DNA of 61,055 nt from Bacteroidales bacterium (GCA_046482855.1 JAWOEH010000150.1:1-61055); one strand, 5' to 3'. Positions 9,025 through 18,540 are shown, numbered from the stretch's first letter. Notes: a model not told the origin generated them from the sequence alone. Numbers and translations: made by a program.

Positions 9025-9933
9025 ATGAATGAAATTGTAATAAAATTAGCCTGGACACTCCTGGGATTATTCATCGTATTGAATTGGGGTATGTTAATGG
9101 GGGCTACCATGCGCAAGCTCGTAGCTAGGGTAGCGAACCGCCATGGAATACCGTTCTACCAACCCTGGCTAAACTTAATTAAGCTTTATGGCAAACGAAC
9201 ATCCATTTCCCATGGCGTAATGTTTTACCTGGGTCCGGTATTTCGTCTGGGTGGCGGAGTAGGTATTTTCCTGTTTCTTCCCCTGATATATGGTTCTGAG
9301 CACTTTAGTAACTTCTCCTGGGCCGGAGATTTAATCTTGATTCTCTATTTCCAGTTCTTTGGCATGCTAGGCATGGCTTTAGGAGCAGGTGAAGGCGGAC
9401 ATCCCAACTCGGTAATTGGTATTACCCGTGGATTGGCACAGTTTACTACCGTGGAAATTCCCCTGACACTGGCAGTTATTTCTCTGGCTTTGCAATACCA
9501 TACCCTGTCGATATCCGAAATTGTAGCCGCCCAACAAGGGGGTATTGCCAACTGGACTGTGGTAACCAATCCACTGGCCACTATTGCCGCCATGCTGTCG
9601 CTATTGGGAACTTTCCGCCATGCGCCTTTCAATTTGGTAAAAGCGCCAAATGAGGTACCTATAGGGCCCCCTACTGAGTATCACTCGGCATTTCTGGGTG
9701 TACTCCAGACCAATGGAGCCATTCTCCATGTGGTTGAGGCTGCGCTGTTTATGAACTTGTTTTTTGGCGGCGCCACTAATTGGGTCGAATTTATTGTAAA
9801 AACGTTCTTTATCTATTTTTGGTCAGTATTTGTGGGAGTTGTATTCCCTCGTTTCCGCATTGAACAGTCGGTTACCTGGTTTTTAAAGGTACCTCTGTTA
9901 ATTGCTATCCTGGCCGTTATTCTATATATCTAA
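9025..9933 (+). CDS. NuoH-like membrane anchor subunit (MbsM)
   Basis: RKLVARVANRHGIPFYQP, PFNLVKAPNE..GPPTEY and FPRFRIEQ motifs of complex I subunit 1. Confidence 0.92.
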   Translation: MNEIVIKLAWTLLGLFIVLNWGMLMGATMRKLVARVANRHGIPFYQPWLNLIKLYGKRTSISHGVMFYLGPVFRLGGGVGIFLFLPLIYGSEHFSNFSWAGDLILILYFQFFGMLGMALGAGEGGHPNSVIGITRGLAQFTTVEIPLTLAVISLALQYHTLSISEIVAAQQGGIANWTVVTNPLATIAAMLSLLGTFRHAPFNLVKAPNEVPIGPPTEYHSAFLGVLQTNGAILHVVEAALFMNLFFGGATNWVEFIVKTFFIYFWSVFVGVVFPRFRIEQSVTWFLKVPLLIAILAVILYI

Positions 9934-9950
9934 CTGCAAACCGATAAACT

Positions 9951-10643
9951 ATGTCAGATACACATAATCCATTTGAGGAAGATCCCCGGGAGTTCGACAA
10001 GTTCCTGGACGACGATAGCAAAGCAAGACAAGTTACCGGTCCCGACGGAAATTCCTTCGAGGTAGATCCGATGCGCGATTACTTTTGCGATAAACGACCT
10101 GAGGTTGAAGTGCCAAAAAATAAAGTGATTGAGAAATTTCTCAACTGGGCACGAGCCGAATCACTATGGGTACTGGGTTTTGGGACAGGTTGTGGAAGCA
10201 TTGAAATACCGCCTTTATTATCTCCCCGATTCGACGCCTTTCGGTTTGGTGTGCAAATGCGCCCAACACCCCGGCAATCGTCGGTACTCATTATTTCCGG
10301 CTACCTGGCAGTAAAGACATTGAAACGGGCCATTCGCACCTATGAACAGATGCAAAGCCCCAAATACGTTCTGGCACTGGGAAGTTGCACCATTAATGGC
10401 GGCATGTATTACGACTCTTACAACACCATCAACCGGGTTGATTATTACCTACCGGTAGATGTATATGTTGCAGGTTGTATGCCCCGACCGGAAGCACTTC
10501 TGGCAGGATTTAACAAACTAAAGGAACGCATTAAAGCAGGACGTGCCGAAGGAGCAAATAAATATGCCGAGGAGTTTGACTGGTATAAAGCCAATCAGAA
10601 AAAGATTATTAAAAACTGGAATATGCCCGACTACAACTGGTAA
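9951..10643 (+). CDS. NuoB-like Fe-S subunit (MbsJ type)
   Basis: GTGCGSIE (single Cys81 rather than CC), GSCTINGG and AGCMPRPE. Confidence 0.92.
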   Translation: MSDTHNPFEEDPREFDKFLDDDSKARQVTGPDGNSFEVDPMRDYFCDKRPEVEVPKNKVIEKFLNWARAESLWVLGFGTGCGSIEIPPLLSPRFDAFRFGVQMRPTPRQSSVLIISGYLAVKTLKRAIRTYEQMQSPKYVLALGSCTINGGMYYDSYNTINRVDYYLPVDVYVAGCMPRPEALLAGFNKLKERIKAGRAEGANKYAEEFDWYKANQKKIIKNWNMPDYNW

Positions 10644-10698
10644 GAAATACTTGAAATCCGTTGTAAGTTGACCATTCATAAAAAATTTGATTGTGCAT

Positions 10699-11232
10699 AT
10701 GGAAAAAATTATCCAAAATATAACGCAGAGGTTTTCGGTTTCCGATTCGGTTGAAAAGCGCGATAACCTGACCTTTGTAACTGTCAAACAAGACCTGGCC
10801 GTGGCGCTCATTACGCATTTACGCGACATTGAAGGATTTGCCCATTTCGTGCTGTTAACAGCTGTCGATTGGATTGAAGAGGAAAAATTTCAACTGACCT
10901 ACATTCTGAATTATCCCGAAAGAAAGATCGATTTAGGCATTCGCGTTTATATCGACCGGAACAATCCAACCATGGATTCTGCCCATCATTTATGGGAACA
11001 GGTCGCCACTTATCAGCGCGAGCTGAAAGAGATGTTTGGCATTGATTTCCCGGGCAGCCCACGAGTAGATGAATCATTCATTCTGGAAGGCTGGGACAAT
11101 ATTCCTCCTTATCGGCGCGACTTTGACACATTAAAATATGCGGAAGAAACCTTCTTCCCTCGCGAAGGAAGAGAAACCAACGATCCGGCAACATACATGA
11201 AGAAAAAGCTTTATCCCGATGAAGAAAAATAA
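10699..11232 (+). CDS. NuoC-like subunit (MbsK)
   Basis: LTAVDW, YQRELKEMFGIDFPG and PPYRRDF motifs. Confidence 0.9.
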   Translation: MEKIIQNITQRFSVSDSVEKRDNLTFVTVKQDLAVALITHLRDIEGFAHFVLLTAVDWIEEEKFQLTYILNYPERKIDLGIRVYIDRNNPTMDSAHHLWEQVATYQRELKEMFGIDFPGSPRVDESFILEGWDNIPPYRRDFDTLKYAEETFFPREGRETNDPATYMKKKLYPDEEK

Positions 11233-12409
11233 TTGGCAATGGCAGCCCGATCGGGCAAAATATCCGAAAGTTGATGCTGCAGGCAACCCACAGATAGACT
11301 TGGCCAGTGAGAAATATGTAAAATTATGGCAAGGGCCTAACCATCCGGGGGTTACCGGAAACATGTCGCTGGAGTTGACCCTGAGCGGCGATGAAATTGT
11401 GGACGCAAAAACCCATGTGGGCTATCTCCACCGTGGATTTGAAAAATTGATGGAACGTCGTACCTACATGCAATGTTTTCCTTTAAGCATTCGTATGTGC
11501 GTGCCCGAAGCCGATTCAAACGAATACGTATTGGCACGTTGTATTGAAGAGTTATCAGGCATCGAGGTGCCGGAAGCTGCCGAATGGATGCGCACGCTTG
11601 TACTGGAAATGGCACGGTTGCAAGTACTCCTGCGTACCGTACCCGGACAGGCCGCAACGCTCTCTTTGGGTCTTGGCTCGCAATGGGGAATGTACCTGCG
11701 TGAACTTATTCTCGACAGATTTGAGGAACTTACCGGCGGACGTATTTACCACATGTTTATTGTTCCCGGAGGAGTGAGGGGCTTACTTCCTGAAGGATTT
11801 AAAGACCGAATGGAGGAAAACCTGAAAAAAATTGAAGAATTCGTGGGTAAGATCGAAGATTTGATCTTTACCAATTCCGTATTTAAAAAGCGTACCATTG
11901 GCGTAGGGGTTATCGACCCCGCATGGGTGAACAAATATGGCATTGTCGGTCCCAATGCCCGGGGAGCCGGATTTCACCGGGATGTAAGGAAGGACTATCC
12001 GTACTTGAAGTATGACGAGTTGGATTTCGAACCTTACGTAGGCACCGATTCGGATATCTACACACGTGCTCAGGTGCGAAAGCACGATTTGCTCATGACT
12101 GTTGATATTATTCGTCAAATTTTGGCTCGCATACCGGAAAAAGGCCCTATTCGAGCCCGCACACCCAACGTATTGCACTGGGAAATTCCCAAAGGTGAAA
12201 CCTATGTGCGCTCCGAATCGTCGCGTGGAGAATACGGTATGTATATGGTTTCCGATGGGTCGAAATACCCGCGCAGAGTAAACCTGCGAGGCCCCAGCTA
12301 CACACACGCGGTAGCATTGCTGGAGCGTATGCTTATTAATGCCAACATTGCCGATGTGCACGCCATTATGGTTTCTCTGCAAACCTGTCCGCCAGAAATT
12401 GAGCGTTAA
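11219..12409 (+). CDS. NuoD-like catalytic subunit without a NiFe site (MbsL type)
   Basis: GPNHPG, GYLHRGFEK, RMCVPEAD (Cys94) and C-terminal LQTCPPEIER (Cys390). The hydrogenase L1/L2 CxxC pairs are absent. Confidence 0.92.
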   Translation: MKKNNWQWQPDRAKYPKVDAAGNPQIDLASEKYVKLWQGPNHPGVTGNMSLELTLSGDEIVDAKTHVGYLHRGFEKLMERRTYMQCFPLSIRMCVPEADSNEYVLARCIEELSGIEVPEAAEWMRTLVLEMARLQVLLRTVPGQAATLSLGLGSQWGMYLRELILDRFEELTGGRIYHMFIVPGGVRGLLPEGFKDRMEENLKKIEEFVGKIEDLIFTNSVFKKRTIGVGVIDPAWVNKYGIVGPNARGAGFHRDVRKDYPYLKYDELDFEPYVGTDSDIYTRAQVRKHDLLMTVDIIRQILARIPEKGPIRARTPNVLHWEIPKGETYVRSESSRGEYGMYMVSDGSKYPRRVNLRGPSYTHAVALLERMLINANIADVHAIMVSLQTCPPEIER

Positions 12410-12493
12410 CAGGGAGTATTACGATAGCCGGCCGATCTTCCCGAAAAAGAACGGCAACAAATAAAAAGATGACGTTAATAAAAGTTACAAATT

Positions 12494-14308
12494 ATGAGCT
12501 TGAAAGATATACTCACTCCCTTTACAGCCTGGAAAGGGCTATTTGAAGAGTCCGTCACATTGAAAGACCCCATCAACGAGCGGCCTGGCGCCGACAGGTA
12601 TCGGGGATTTCACAAAAATGACATGGAGACTTGTATTGGCTGTGGTACCTGTGAAGAAATTTGCGAAAATAAAGCCATTGACATGGTGCCCGTTGAAGGA
12701 ATTAAAACCACCGATGGCGATAGTGGCTTGCGCCCACGTGTAGATTATGGACGTTGTTGCTGGTGTGCCTTATGTGTGGATGTGTGTACAACAGGTTCTC
12801 TTTCACTTACCAATGAATATATTTGGGTTTCGGAAGATCCGGAAGAGTTCCGTTTTGTGCCGGGCGCTGAGAAAAAAGAGTGGGACACAAAAGAAAAAGG
12901 ATGGCACAAACCGGAACACGATTACCACCTCTACCCGCCCGACCGCATAGAAATGCAACACCTGCATCCGGAAGAACGAAGCGACTCCTTTGTAGAGTTG
13001 GTAAAGGGTTACTCGGCTGATGAGGCAAAAAAAGAGGCCGACCGTTGTGTGGAATGTGGCATTTGTATTGCCACTTGCCCGGCACACATGGGCATACCGG
13101 AGTACATAAAAGCCGTTCGCCAAGACTCGATAGAAGAGGGATTCAATATTCTATACGAAACCAACCCTTTACCGGAGATTTGTGGTCGTATTTGCACACA
13201 CAAGTGTGAAACCGTTTGCTCTGTAGGCCATCAGGGCGATCCCTTATCCATTCGCTGGTTGAAGCGTTATATTGCCGACCAGGTTGTCTCGGAAGATTAT
13301 AAAAAGATCTTAAAAACCGATAGCATTGAACAAAATGGGAAAAAAGTAGCCATCATCGGGGCAGGTCCCTCAGGCCTGTCTGCAGCACACTACCTTGCTT
13401 TAATGGGCTATGAGTGTACTATTTACGAAAAACTTCCCGAAGCCGGTGGTATGATGCGTTATGGCATTCCGGAGTACCGGTTGCCGTACAACCAGCTGGA
13501 TAAAGATATAAACTACATCCTGAGCCTGGGCGTTACCTTAAAAAACAATGTAACTATCGGCAAAGACATTACCTTGAAAGAGCTGAAAGAACAATACGAT
13601 GCCGTATTTGCCGGAACAGGTTTACACATAGGCCGAAGCACGCGCATTCCCGGCACCGACCATGAAGAGGTGTACATGGCAGCTGACTTGTTACGCAAGA
13701 TCTCCCTGGGCGAGGAAATTCCGGTGGCTGAAAACATCGTTGTAATTGGCGGGGGAAATGTGGCAATGGACATTACCCGCTCGCTGGCTCGTTTGCAAAA
13801 GAACAAATACGGCAAAATACAGGTGCTGGCTACCTCGCTCGAGTCCGAAGACATTATGCCGGCCGATCGTGAAGAGGTAGTTGAGGCAAGGGAAGAAAAC
13901 GCAACTATTGAACCCGGATGGGGCCCGGAAAGAATCGAAATCGAAGAGGGTAAACTTAAAGGCCTTCATGTAAAAAAATGCCTCTCGGTGTTCAACGAAG
14001 AAGGTCGCTTCAGTCCTGTATTCGACGACAACCAAACACGCTTCTTCGAAGCCGACATGATTGTTGAGTCCATTGGACAGGGGATGGATCTTAGCTACAT
14101 ACCCGACGAAGTTCGCGACGAAATTACCTTTGACGAACGCGGCCGTATTTTGGTTAATGACTACTTCCAGGCAAAAGCCGGCTGGCTCTTCCTGGGAGGA
14201 GACATGATTCAGGGGCCCGATGTAATTCATGGCATTGCCAATGGACATAAAGCGGCAAGAGGGATCGATAAATTCCTGAACGGCCAGCTTACCTACGAGG
14301 ATGTATAA
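12494..14308 (+). CDS. NuoI/MbsN-like 2x[4Fe-4S] domain fused to a GltD/PreT-like FAD-NAD(P)H oxidoreductase
   Basis: RYRGFH..CIGCGTCEEIC..CCWCALCVDVC, then EADRCVECGICIATCP, CGRICTHKCETVC, IIGAGPSGL, GGMMRYGIPEYRLP and IGGGNVAMD. Confidence 0.92.
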   Translation: MSLKDILTPFTAWKGLFEESVTLKDPINERPGADRYRGFHKNDMETCIGCGTCEEICENKAIDMVPVEGIKTTDGDSGLRPRVDYGRCCWCALCVDVCTTGSLSLTNEYIWVSEDPEEFRFVPGAEKKEWDTKEKGWHKPEHDYHLYPPDRIEMQHLHPEERSDSFVELVKGYSADEAKKEADRCVECGICIATCPAHMGIPEYIKAVRQDSIEEGFNILYETNPLPEICGRICTHKCETVCSVGHQGDPLSIRWLKRYIADQVVSEDYKKILKTDSIEQNGKKVAIIGAGPSGLSAAHYLALMGYECTIYEKLPEAGGMMRYGIPEYRLPYNQLDKDINYILSLGVTLKNNVTIGKDITLKELKEQYDAVFAGTGLHIGRSTRIPGTDHEEVYMAADLLRKISLGEEIPVAENIVVIGGGNVAMDITRSLARLQKNKYGKIQVLATSLESEDIMPADREEVVEAREENATIEPGWGPERIEIEEGKLKGLHVKKCLSVFNEEGRFSPVFDDNQTRFFEADMIVESIGQGMDLSYIPDEVRDEITFDERGRILVNDYFQAKAGWLFLGGDMIQGPDVIHGIANGHKAARGIDKFLNGQLTYEDV

Positions 14309-14334
14309 CAACACAAACCCATAAATCAACTGCT

Positions 14335-15324
14335 ATGACTGATTTATCCACCAAATACATGGGACTGTCGCTAAAAAACCCACTTGTGGTAGGCAGCTCG
14401 GAATTAACCAACAGCACTTCAAAAATTGCAGACCTTGAAAAACAAGGTGCCGGAGCTGTCGTATTAAAATCGCTCTTTGAAGAGCAAATAATGAGCGAGG
14501 TGAATGCCCAACGCGTAAACAATATGTATGGTTCCTATCAAGAGGTCGAAAACTATGTATCGTTTTATACACGCAAGCACGATTTGGACGAATACCTCGA
14601 GCTGATACGCAAATCCAAGCAAGAAGTTGACATACCCATTTTGGCAAGCATTAACTGTATATCCAACGGTGAGTGGATTGACTTTGCCCGACAAATGGAG
14701 CAAGCCGGTGCCGATGGGTTGGAGCTGAATATGTTCATCTTACCAAACGACCCTTCAAAAACCAGCCAGCAACTTGAGCAAATTTATTTTGACGTACTGG
14801 AGGAGGTGAATAAAGCCGTGGATCTGCCCGTATCGATGAAGGTAGGCAGCTATTTCTCAGGAATGGCCAATATCCTTGTGGAGTTGTCAGAAAAAGGCCT
14901 TGATGGCATGGTGCTTTTTAATCACTTTTACCGACCCGACATTGATATAGAGGAAGAAAAAGTGAGGGCTGCCGACATATTCAGCGAGCCGCGCGACATT
15001 GCCAATACGCTCAGATGGATAGGGATTTTGTATGACAAGCTCAAGTGCGACATGGCCGCCTCAACCGGAATACATACCGGGGAAGGGGCAATCAAAGCCC
15101 TTTTGGCCGGCGCAAAGGTGACACAAATAGCCTCCACTTTGTATAAAAACAAGCCGCTCTATATAGGTACCATGCTAAAGGATATGAAAAACTGGATGCA
15201 AAAGAAAGGCTATACTACACTTGCCGACTTCCGTGGGAAAGTGAGTCAGGCAGAAATCAAGCAACCCATGATGTACGAGCGTGCCCAGTTTATGAAGTAT
15301 TACTCAAATTACAGCAATAAGTAA
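14335..15324 (+). CDS. Dihydroorotate dehydrogenase-like FMN TIM-barrel protein lacking the catalytic Cys
   Basis: LSTKYMGLSLKNPLVVGSS, GAVVLKSLFEEQI and ASTGIH..GAKVTQIAS. ELNMFIL replaces ELNxSCPN. Confidence 0.88.
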   Translation: MTDLSTKYMGLSLKNPLVVGSSELTNSTSKIADLEKQGAGAVVLKSLFEEQIMSEVNAQRVNNMYGSYQEVENYVSFYTRKHDLDEYLELIRKSKQEVDIPILASINCISNGEWIDFARQMEQAGADGLELNMFILPNDPSKTSQQLEQIYFDVLEEVNKAVDLPVSMKVGSYFSGMANILVELSEKGLDGMVLFNHFYRPDIDIEEEKVRAADIFSEPRDIANTLRWIGILYDKLKCDMAASTGIHTGEGAIKALLAGAKVTQIASTLYKNKPLYIGTMLKDMKNWMQKKGYTTLADFRGKVSQAEIKQPMMYERAQFMKYYSNYSNK

Positions 15325-15348
15325 TAAAACCAACCGGTTATTATCGAT

Positions 15349-15396
15349 AAGCACCTGCCAAAAAGTTTTTTCCCTATTTGGCAGGTGCTTTCTTTT
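15349..15396 (+). terminator. Rho-independent terminator of the mbs-like operon
   Basis: AAGCACCTGCCAAA (15349-15362) pairs with TTTGGCAGGTGCTT (15377-15390), followed by a T-rich tail. Confidence 0.85.
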
Positions 15397-15443
15397 ATAT
15401 TTCTAACCAACAATCAATTAAACCATGTAAATAAATCCTCCTA

Positions 15444-15561
15444 CTTGTGCGTAATCGCACAAGATTGTTCATTACCGAACACAATATCAATACATTACAC
15501 CAGAGACACAACCGCAACACTCTGACTAACTTGACTTTACAACATAAGGCACAAGCTTTGA
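15444..15561 (+). promoter_or_regulatory. Tandem enhancer-like palindromes plus a sigma-54-like -24/-12 promoter
   Basis: CTTGTGCG-TAAT-CGCACAAG (15444-15463) and TGTTC-N6-GAACA (15466-15481) have cores 20 bp apart. GGCAC-aagct-TTGA (GG-N10-GA) lies at 15548-15561. Confidence 0.6.
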
Positions 15562-15585
15562 GCTAACTCAAAAAAAAGCTACGCC

Positions 15586-17964
15586 ATGCTAAAAAACTAC
15601 TTAAAAGTCGCTTTACGGGCAATCTCCCGCGATAAAATCTATAGTCTCATCAACATTACAGGTTTTGCCATTGGAATTGCCTGTAGCTTTCTGATACTGA
15701 TATGGGTGCAGGATGAACTGAAGTTTGATAAGTTCCATACAAAAGGAGAGCGCATTCACCGTGTACTGGTTACCGTCCCCTCAGGCGGAGAGAATCTAAA
15801 TGTAGGGGTTACCCCTGCAGGTTTGGCACCCAACCTTGAAGCAGACTTCCCGGCTATTGAAAAGGCAACAAGATTCAAGGGCCAGGGCGACCTTGTTTTA
15901 AGAAAAGGCAAGTTTAGCAATCTTGAAGAGAAAGCAGCTCTTGCCGGGGAAAGCTTCTTTGAAGTATTTGACTTCTCATTTATCGAGGGTGACCGCAAAA
16001 CATGCTTGCAAGATCCGGGGAAAATTGTCTTAACTAAAACAATCGCCGATCGCTATTTTCCCGCTGGAGACGCTGTTGGGAAAATGATTGAGGTAGTAAG
16101 CGTTGGGAACTTCATGGTAAGTGCTGTTGTTGATGATGTAACCCATTCGCACATCGACTTCAATTTTGTTATCCCTTTTGAACACGTCTCTGAGATATAT
16201 GGCCACGATGCCAATTACATGGGGACATTCAATTATATAACCTATACGCTACTGGAAGAAAATACATCAGCTGCTTCTCTAGAGAAGGATCTTTTCGATT
16301 ACATGAAGAAATTTGCAAATGAAGAGACTGATGAAGATGAAGAGGTAAGTCACCTGTTCCTGCAGCCCTTGCATGAAGTGTATTTAAAGTCTGATTTTTC
16401 CTACGATTTCATTGAAAAAGGAGACATCAGAAATGTGTATCTCTTTAGTGTAATTGCTTTTGTGGTACTCCTAATTGCCTGTATCAACTTTATGAATCTC
16501 ACTACTGCGCGCTCAGCAAATCGGGCAAGAGAAATTGGGGTAAGAAAAGTTCATGGGGCTCGAAGAGTAAATATTATTACCCAGTTCTATTTTGAATCTT
16601 TCTTTATCACCTTGGTAAGCTTTGTTATTGCCCTTCTGCTTGTTGAACTAACACTGCCTGTTTTTAACCAGGTTGCGGGGAAAGAACTTTCTATGTCAAT
16701 TTTTAGCGAGCCTACATTAATGCTTGTTCTTTTTGGTATTGCTATCATTACCGCCCTGATAGCTGGCAGTTATCCTGCTATGTATCTTTCGGCTTTCGTT
16801 CCCCAAAAGGTACTAAAAGGCTCATTAAGCAGTGGAAGTAAAGGGGCCTCTTTTCGAAAGATTCTTGTAATAGTTCAATTTGCCATTTCTGTCATTCTCA
16901 TCATCGCAACCCTTACCATAAGTGCACAAATGCGCTACATACAAACCAAAAAATTAGGCTATGATAAGGAACAATTGCTATTTGCCTATATGACCGGCCC
17001 CATAAAAGAATCGTATGAACTATTTAAAGAACGAGTAAAAGCGTTGCCAGGTGTTATCGGGTTTTCTTCCATGACCAACCTTCCTGTTTATGCAGGTCCA
17101 AGCATGGTTTTAGATAATTGGGAAGGAAATCCGGGGAATCAAACCATGCGAATCCACAATACCTACGTAGGGGAAAACTTCCTTGAAACCATGAACATAG
17201 AACTCCTTAAGGGAAGATCTTTTTCCGACAAATTCCACGACGACTCGAACCGGGTGTATTTACTAAACGAGACCGCCGTAAAAAAAATGAACCTCAAGAA
17301 ACCCATAGGTAGTCGATTGACACTCCATGGGCAACAAGGAACTGTAGTTGGTATTGTCAAAGATTTCAACTTCAACACCTTGCATAACAAAATTGAGCCC
17401 ATGGCTTTAATTCTTGATGAGCCCAACACGCGCTATGCCATGATTCGAATTTCCCCACATAAGCAACAAAAAACGCTTGAGGAAATTAGCAATATCTGGG
17501 AGGCGTATGAACCTGATTACCCCAGCTCAAATCGTTTTCTCACAGAAATACTCAATACACGATACCAGAAAGAATTTCAGACTCAGAAACTATTCAATTA
17601 TTTTGCCATTTTCGCTATTATAATCAGCTGTCTGGGACTGTTTGGGTTAAGCTCTTTTATGGCTATGCAGCGCCGCAAAGAGATAGGTATTCGCAAAGTA
17701 ATGGGTGCTTCGGTAAACGGATTGGTGATAAAGCTTGTATCGGAATTTGTAAAATGGGTAGTAATCGCCAATCTAATTGCCTGGCCCATTGCGTATATAT
17801 TTATAAATAGCTGGTTACAAAACTTTACCTTCAGCATATCGCTTCCCTATTGGGCGTTTCTCATTGCCATAGCCATTGCGCTTGGAATAGCCCTGATAAC
17901 AGTAAGCTCTCAAACATTAAAAGCAGCACAGGCAAATCCTGCAAACTCCCTACGGTGCGAATAA
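15586..17964 (+). CDS. MacB/FtsX-family ABC transporter permease (tandem-domain Bacteroidota type)
   Basis: MLKNYLKVALR start, IACINFMNL..RAREIGVRKVHGA and a second RRKEIGIRKVMGAS. C-terminal NPANSLRCE. Confidence 0.93.
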   Translation: MLKNYLKVALRAISRDKIYSLINITGFAIGIACSFLILIWVQDELKFDKFHTKGERIHRVLVTVPSGGENLNVGVTPAGLAPNLEADFPAIEKATRFKGQGDLVLRKGKFSNLEEKAALAGESFFEVFDFSFIEGDRKTCLQDPGKIVLTKTIADRYFPAGDAVGKMIEVVSVGNFMVSAVVDDVTHSHIDFNFVIPFEHVSEIYGHDANYMGTFNYITYTLLEENTSAASLEKDLFDYMKKFANEETDEDEEVSHLFLQPLHEVYLKSDFSYDFIEKGDIRNVYLFSVIAFVVLLIACINFMNLTTARSANRAREIGVRKVHGARRVNIITQFYFESFFITLVSFVIALLLVELTLPVFNQVAGKELSMSIFSEPTLMLVLFGIAIITALIAGSYPAMYLSAFVPQKVLKGSLSSGSKGASFRKILVIVQFAISVILIIATLTISAQMRYIQTKKLGYDKEQLLFAYMTGPIKESYELFKERVKALPGVIGFSSMTNLPVYAGPSMVLDNWEGNPGNQTMRIHNTYVGENFLETMNIELLKGRSFSDKFHDDSNRVYLLNETAVKKMNLKKPIGSRLTLHGQQGTVVGIVKDFNFNTLHNKIEPMALILDEPNTRYAMIRISPHKQQKTLEEISNIWEAYEPDYPSSNRFLTEILNTRYQKEFQTQKLFNYFAIFAIIISCLGLFGLSSFMAMQRRKEIGIRKVMGASVNGLVIKLVSEFVKWVVIANLIAWPIAYIFINSWLQNFTFSISLPYWAFLIAIAIALGIALITVSSQTLKAAQANPANSLRCE

Positions 17965-17992
17965 GCAAACAACTTTCATAGGTAGTAAAAAT

Positions 17993-18031
17993 AAAGCGTT
18001 CGACTAAGCCTAAGCTAAGTCGAACGCTTTT
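17993..18031. terminator. Bidirectional terminator between convergent genes
   Basis: AAAGCGTTCGACT (17993-18005) pairs with AGTCGAACGCTTT (18018-18030). Confidence 0.85.
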
Positions 18032-18048
18032 CCCAAAATATACTTATT

Positions 18049-18540
18049 CTATTCCATCAAATCGAGAATTCGTGCATTCCCTGTATTTACCATATTTATG
18101 AGCGACTCCGCCGAGAATGTTGCACCACTGAGGCCATCAATATCCTTTTTGTAGTTCACTTCTTTGGCAGCGGAGCTGCCATAAAACTGTCGCAACCAAC
18201 GGGGATTCGTAATCTCCATACCATAACTGGAGCGATAGGCCAACACTTTCAGGTGTTCAAGGATTCCTTTGCCAGAGTAAATCAGCAACACATCGAAGTA
18301 TTCATAACGACCTTTAGCTTCTGCCAAAACCATCCATCCCAGTTGTTTACCTTCGTCAAATACTGAGAACACCTCAAGATGTTTGTCCTTTTGAACAGAC
18401 AGCACTTGGTTATTTTTGCTGTCCCAATGCTTACTAATTTCTTTCCTCACTCTTTTACTCATAGCAGGCTGAGCTAGCGCGCTAAAGGAATTAACCATGG
18501 TAACCAAAAACAACAGACCTATAATTTTTCTTAAAACCAT
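18049..18540 (-). CDS. Exported FMN-binding (RnfG/NqrC-like) protein
   Basis: Signal peptide, YRSSYGMEI..WLRQF and the flavinylation motif DGLSGATFS. Confidence 0.85.
   Translation of the reverse strand: MVLRKIIGLLFLVTMVNSFSALAQPAMSKRVRKEISKHWDSKNNQVLSVQKDKHLEVFSVFDEGKQLGWMVLAEAKGRYEYFDVLLIYSGKGILEHLKVLAYRSSYGMEITNPRWLRQFYGSSAAKEVNYKKDIDGLSGATFSAESLINMVNTGNARILDLME

Noticed and set aside
9951-12409. Group 4 [NiFe]-hydrogenase (Mbh/Ech/Hyf)
   Set aside because: The large subunit lacks both CxxC Ni-binding motifs, and no maturation genes are in the window.
3473-14308. Canonical complex I (nuo) or a stand-alone Mrp antiporter
   Set aside because: There is no NuoA, J, E, F or G. Mrp-like genes are contiguous with the H/B/C/D/I-like genes in MBS order.
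11783-14329. Long antisense ORFs (11783-12382, 13691-14329) and the other short overlapping ORFs in the track
   Set aside because: They are shadows of well-supported genes on the other strand or frame and have no recognisable motifs.
14335-15324. pyrD for pyrimidine biosynthesis
   Set aside because: The catalytic Cys/Ser loop is missing, and there are no pyr genes or pyrK nearby.
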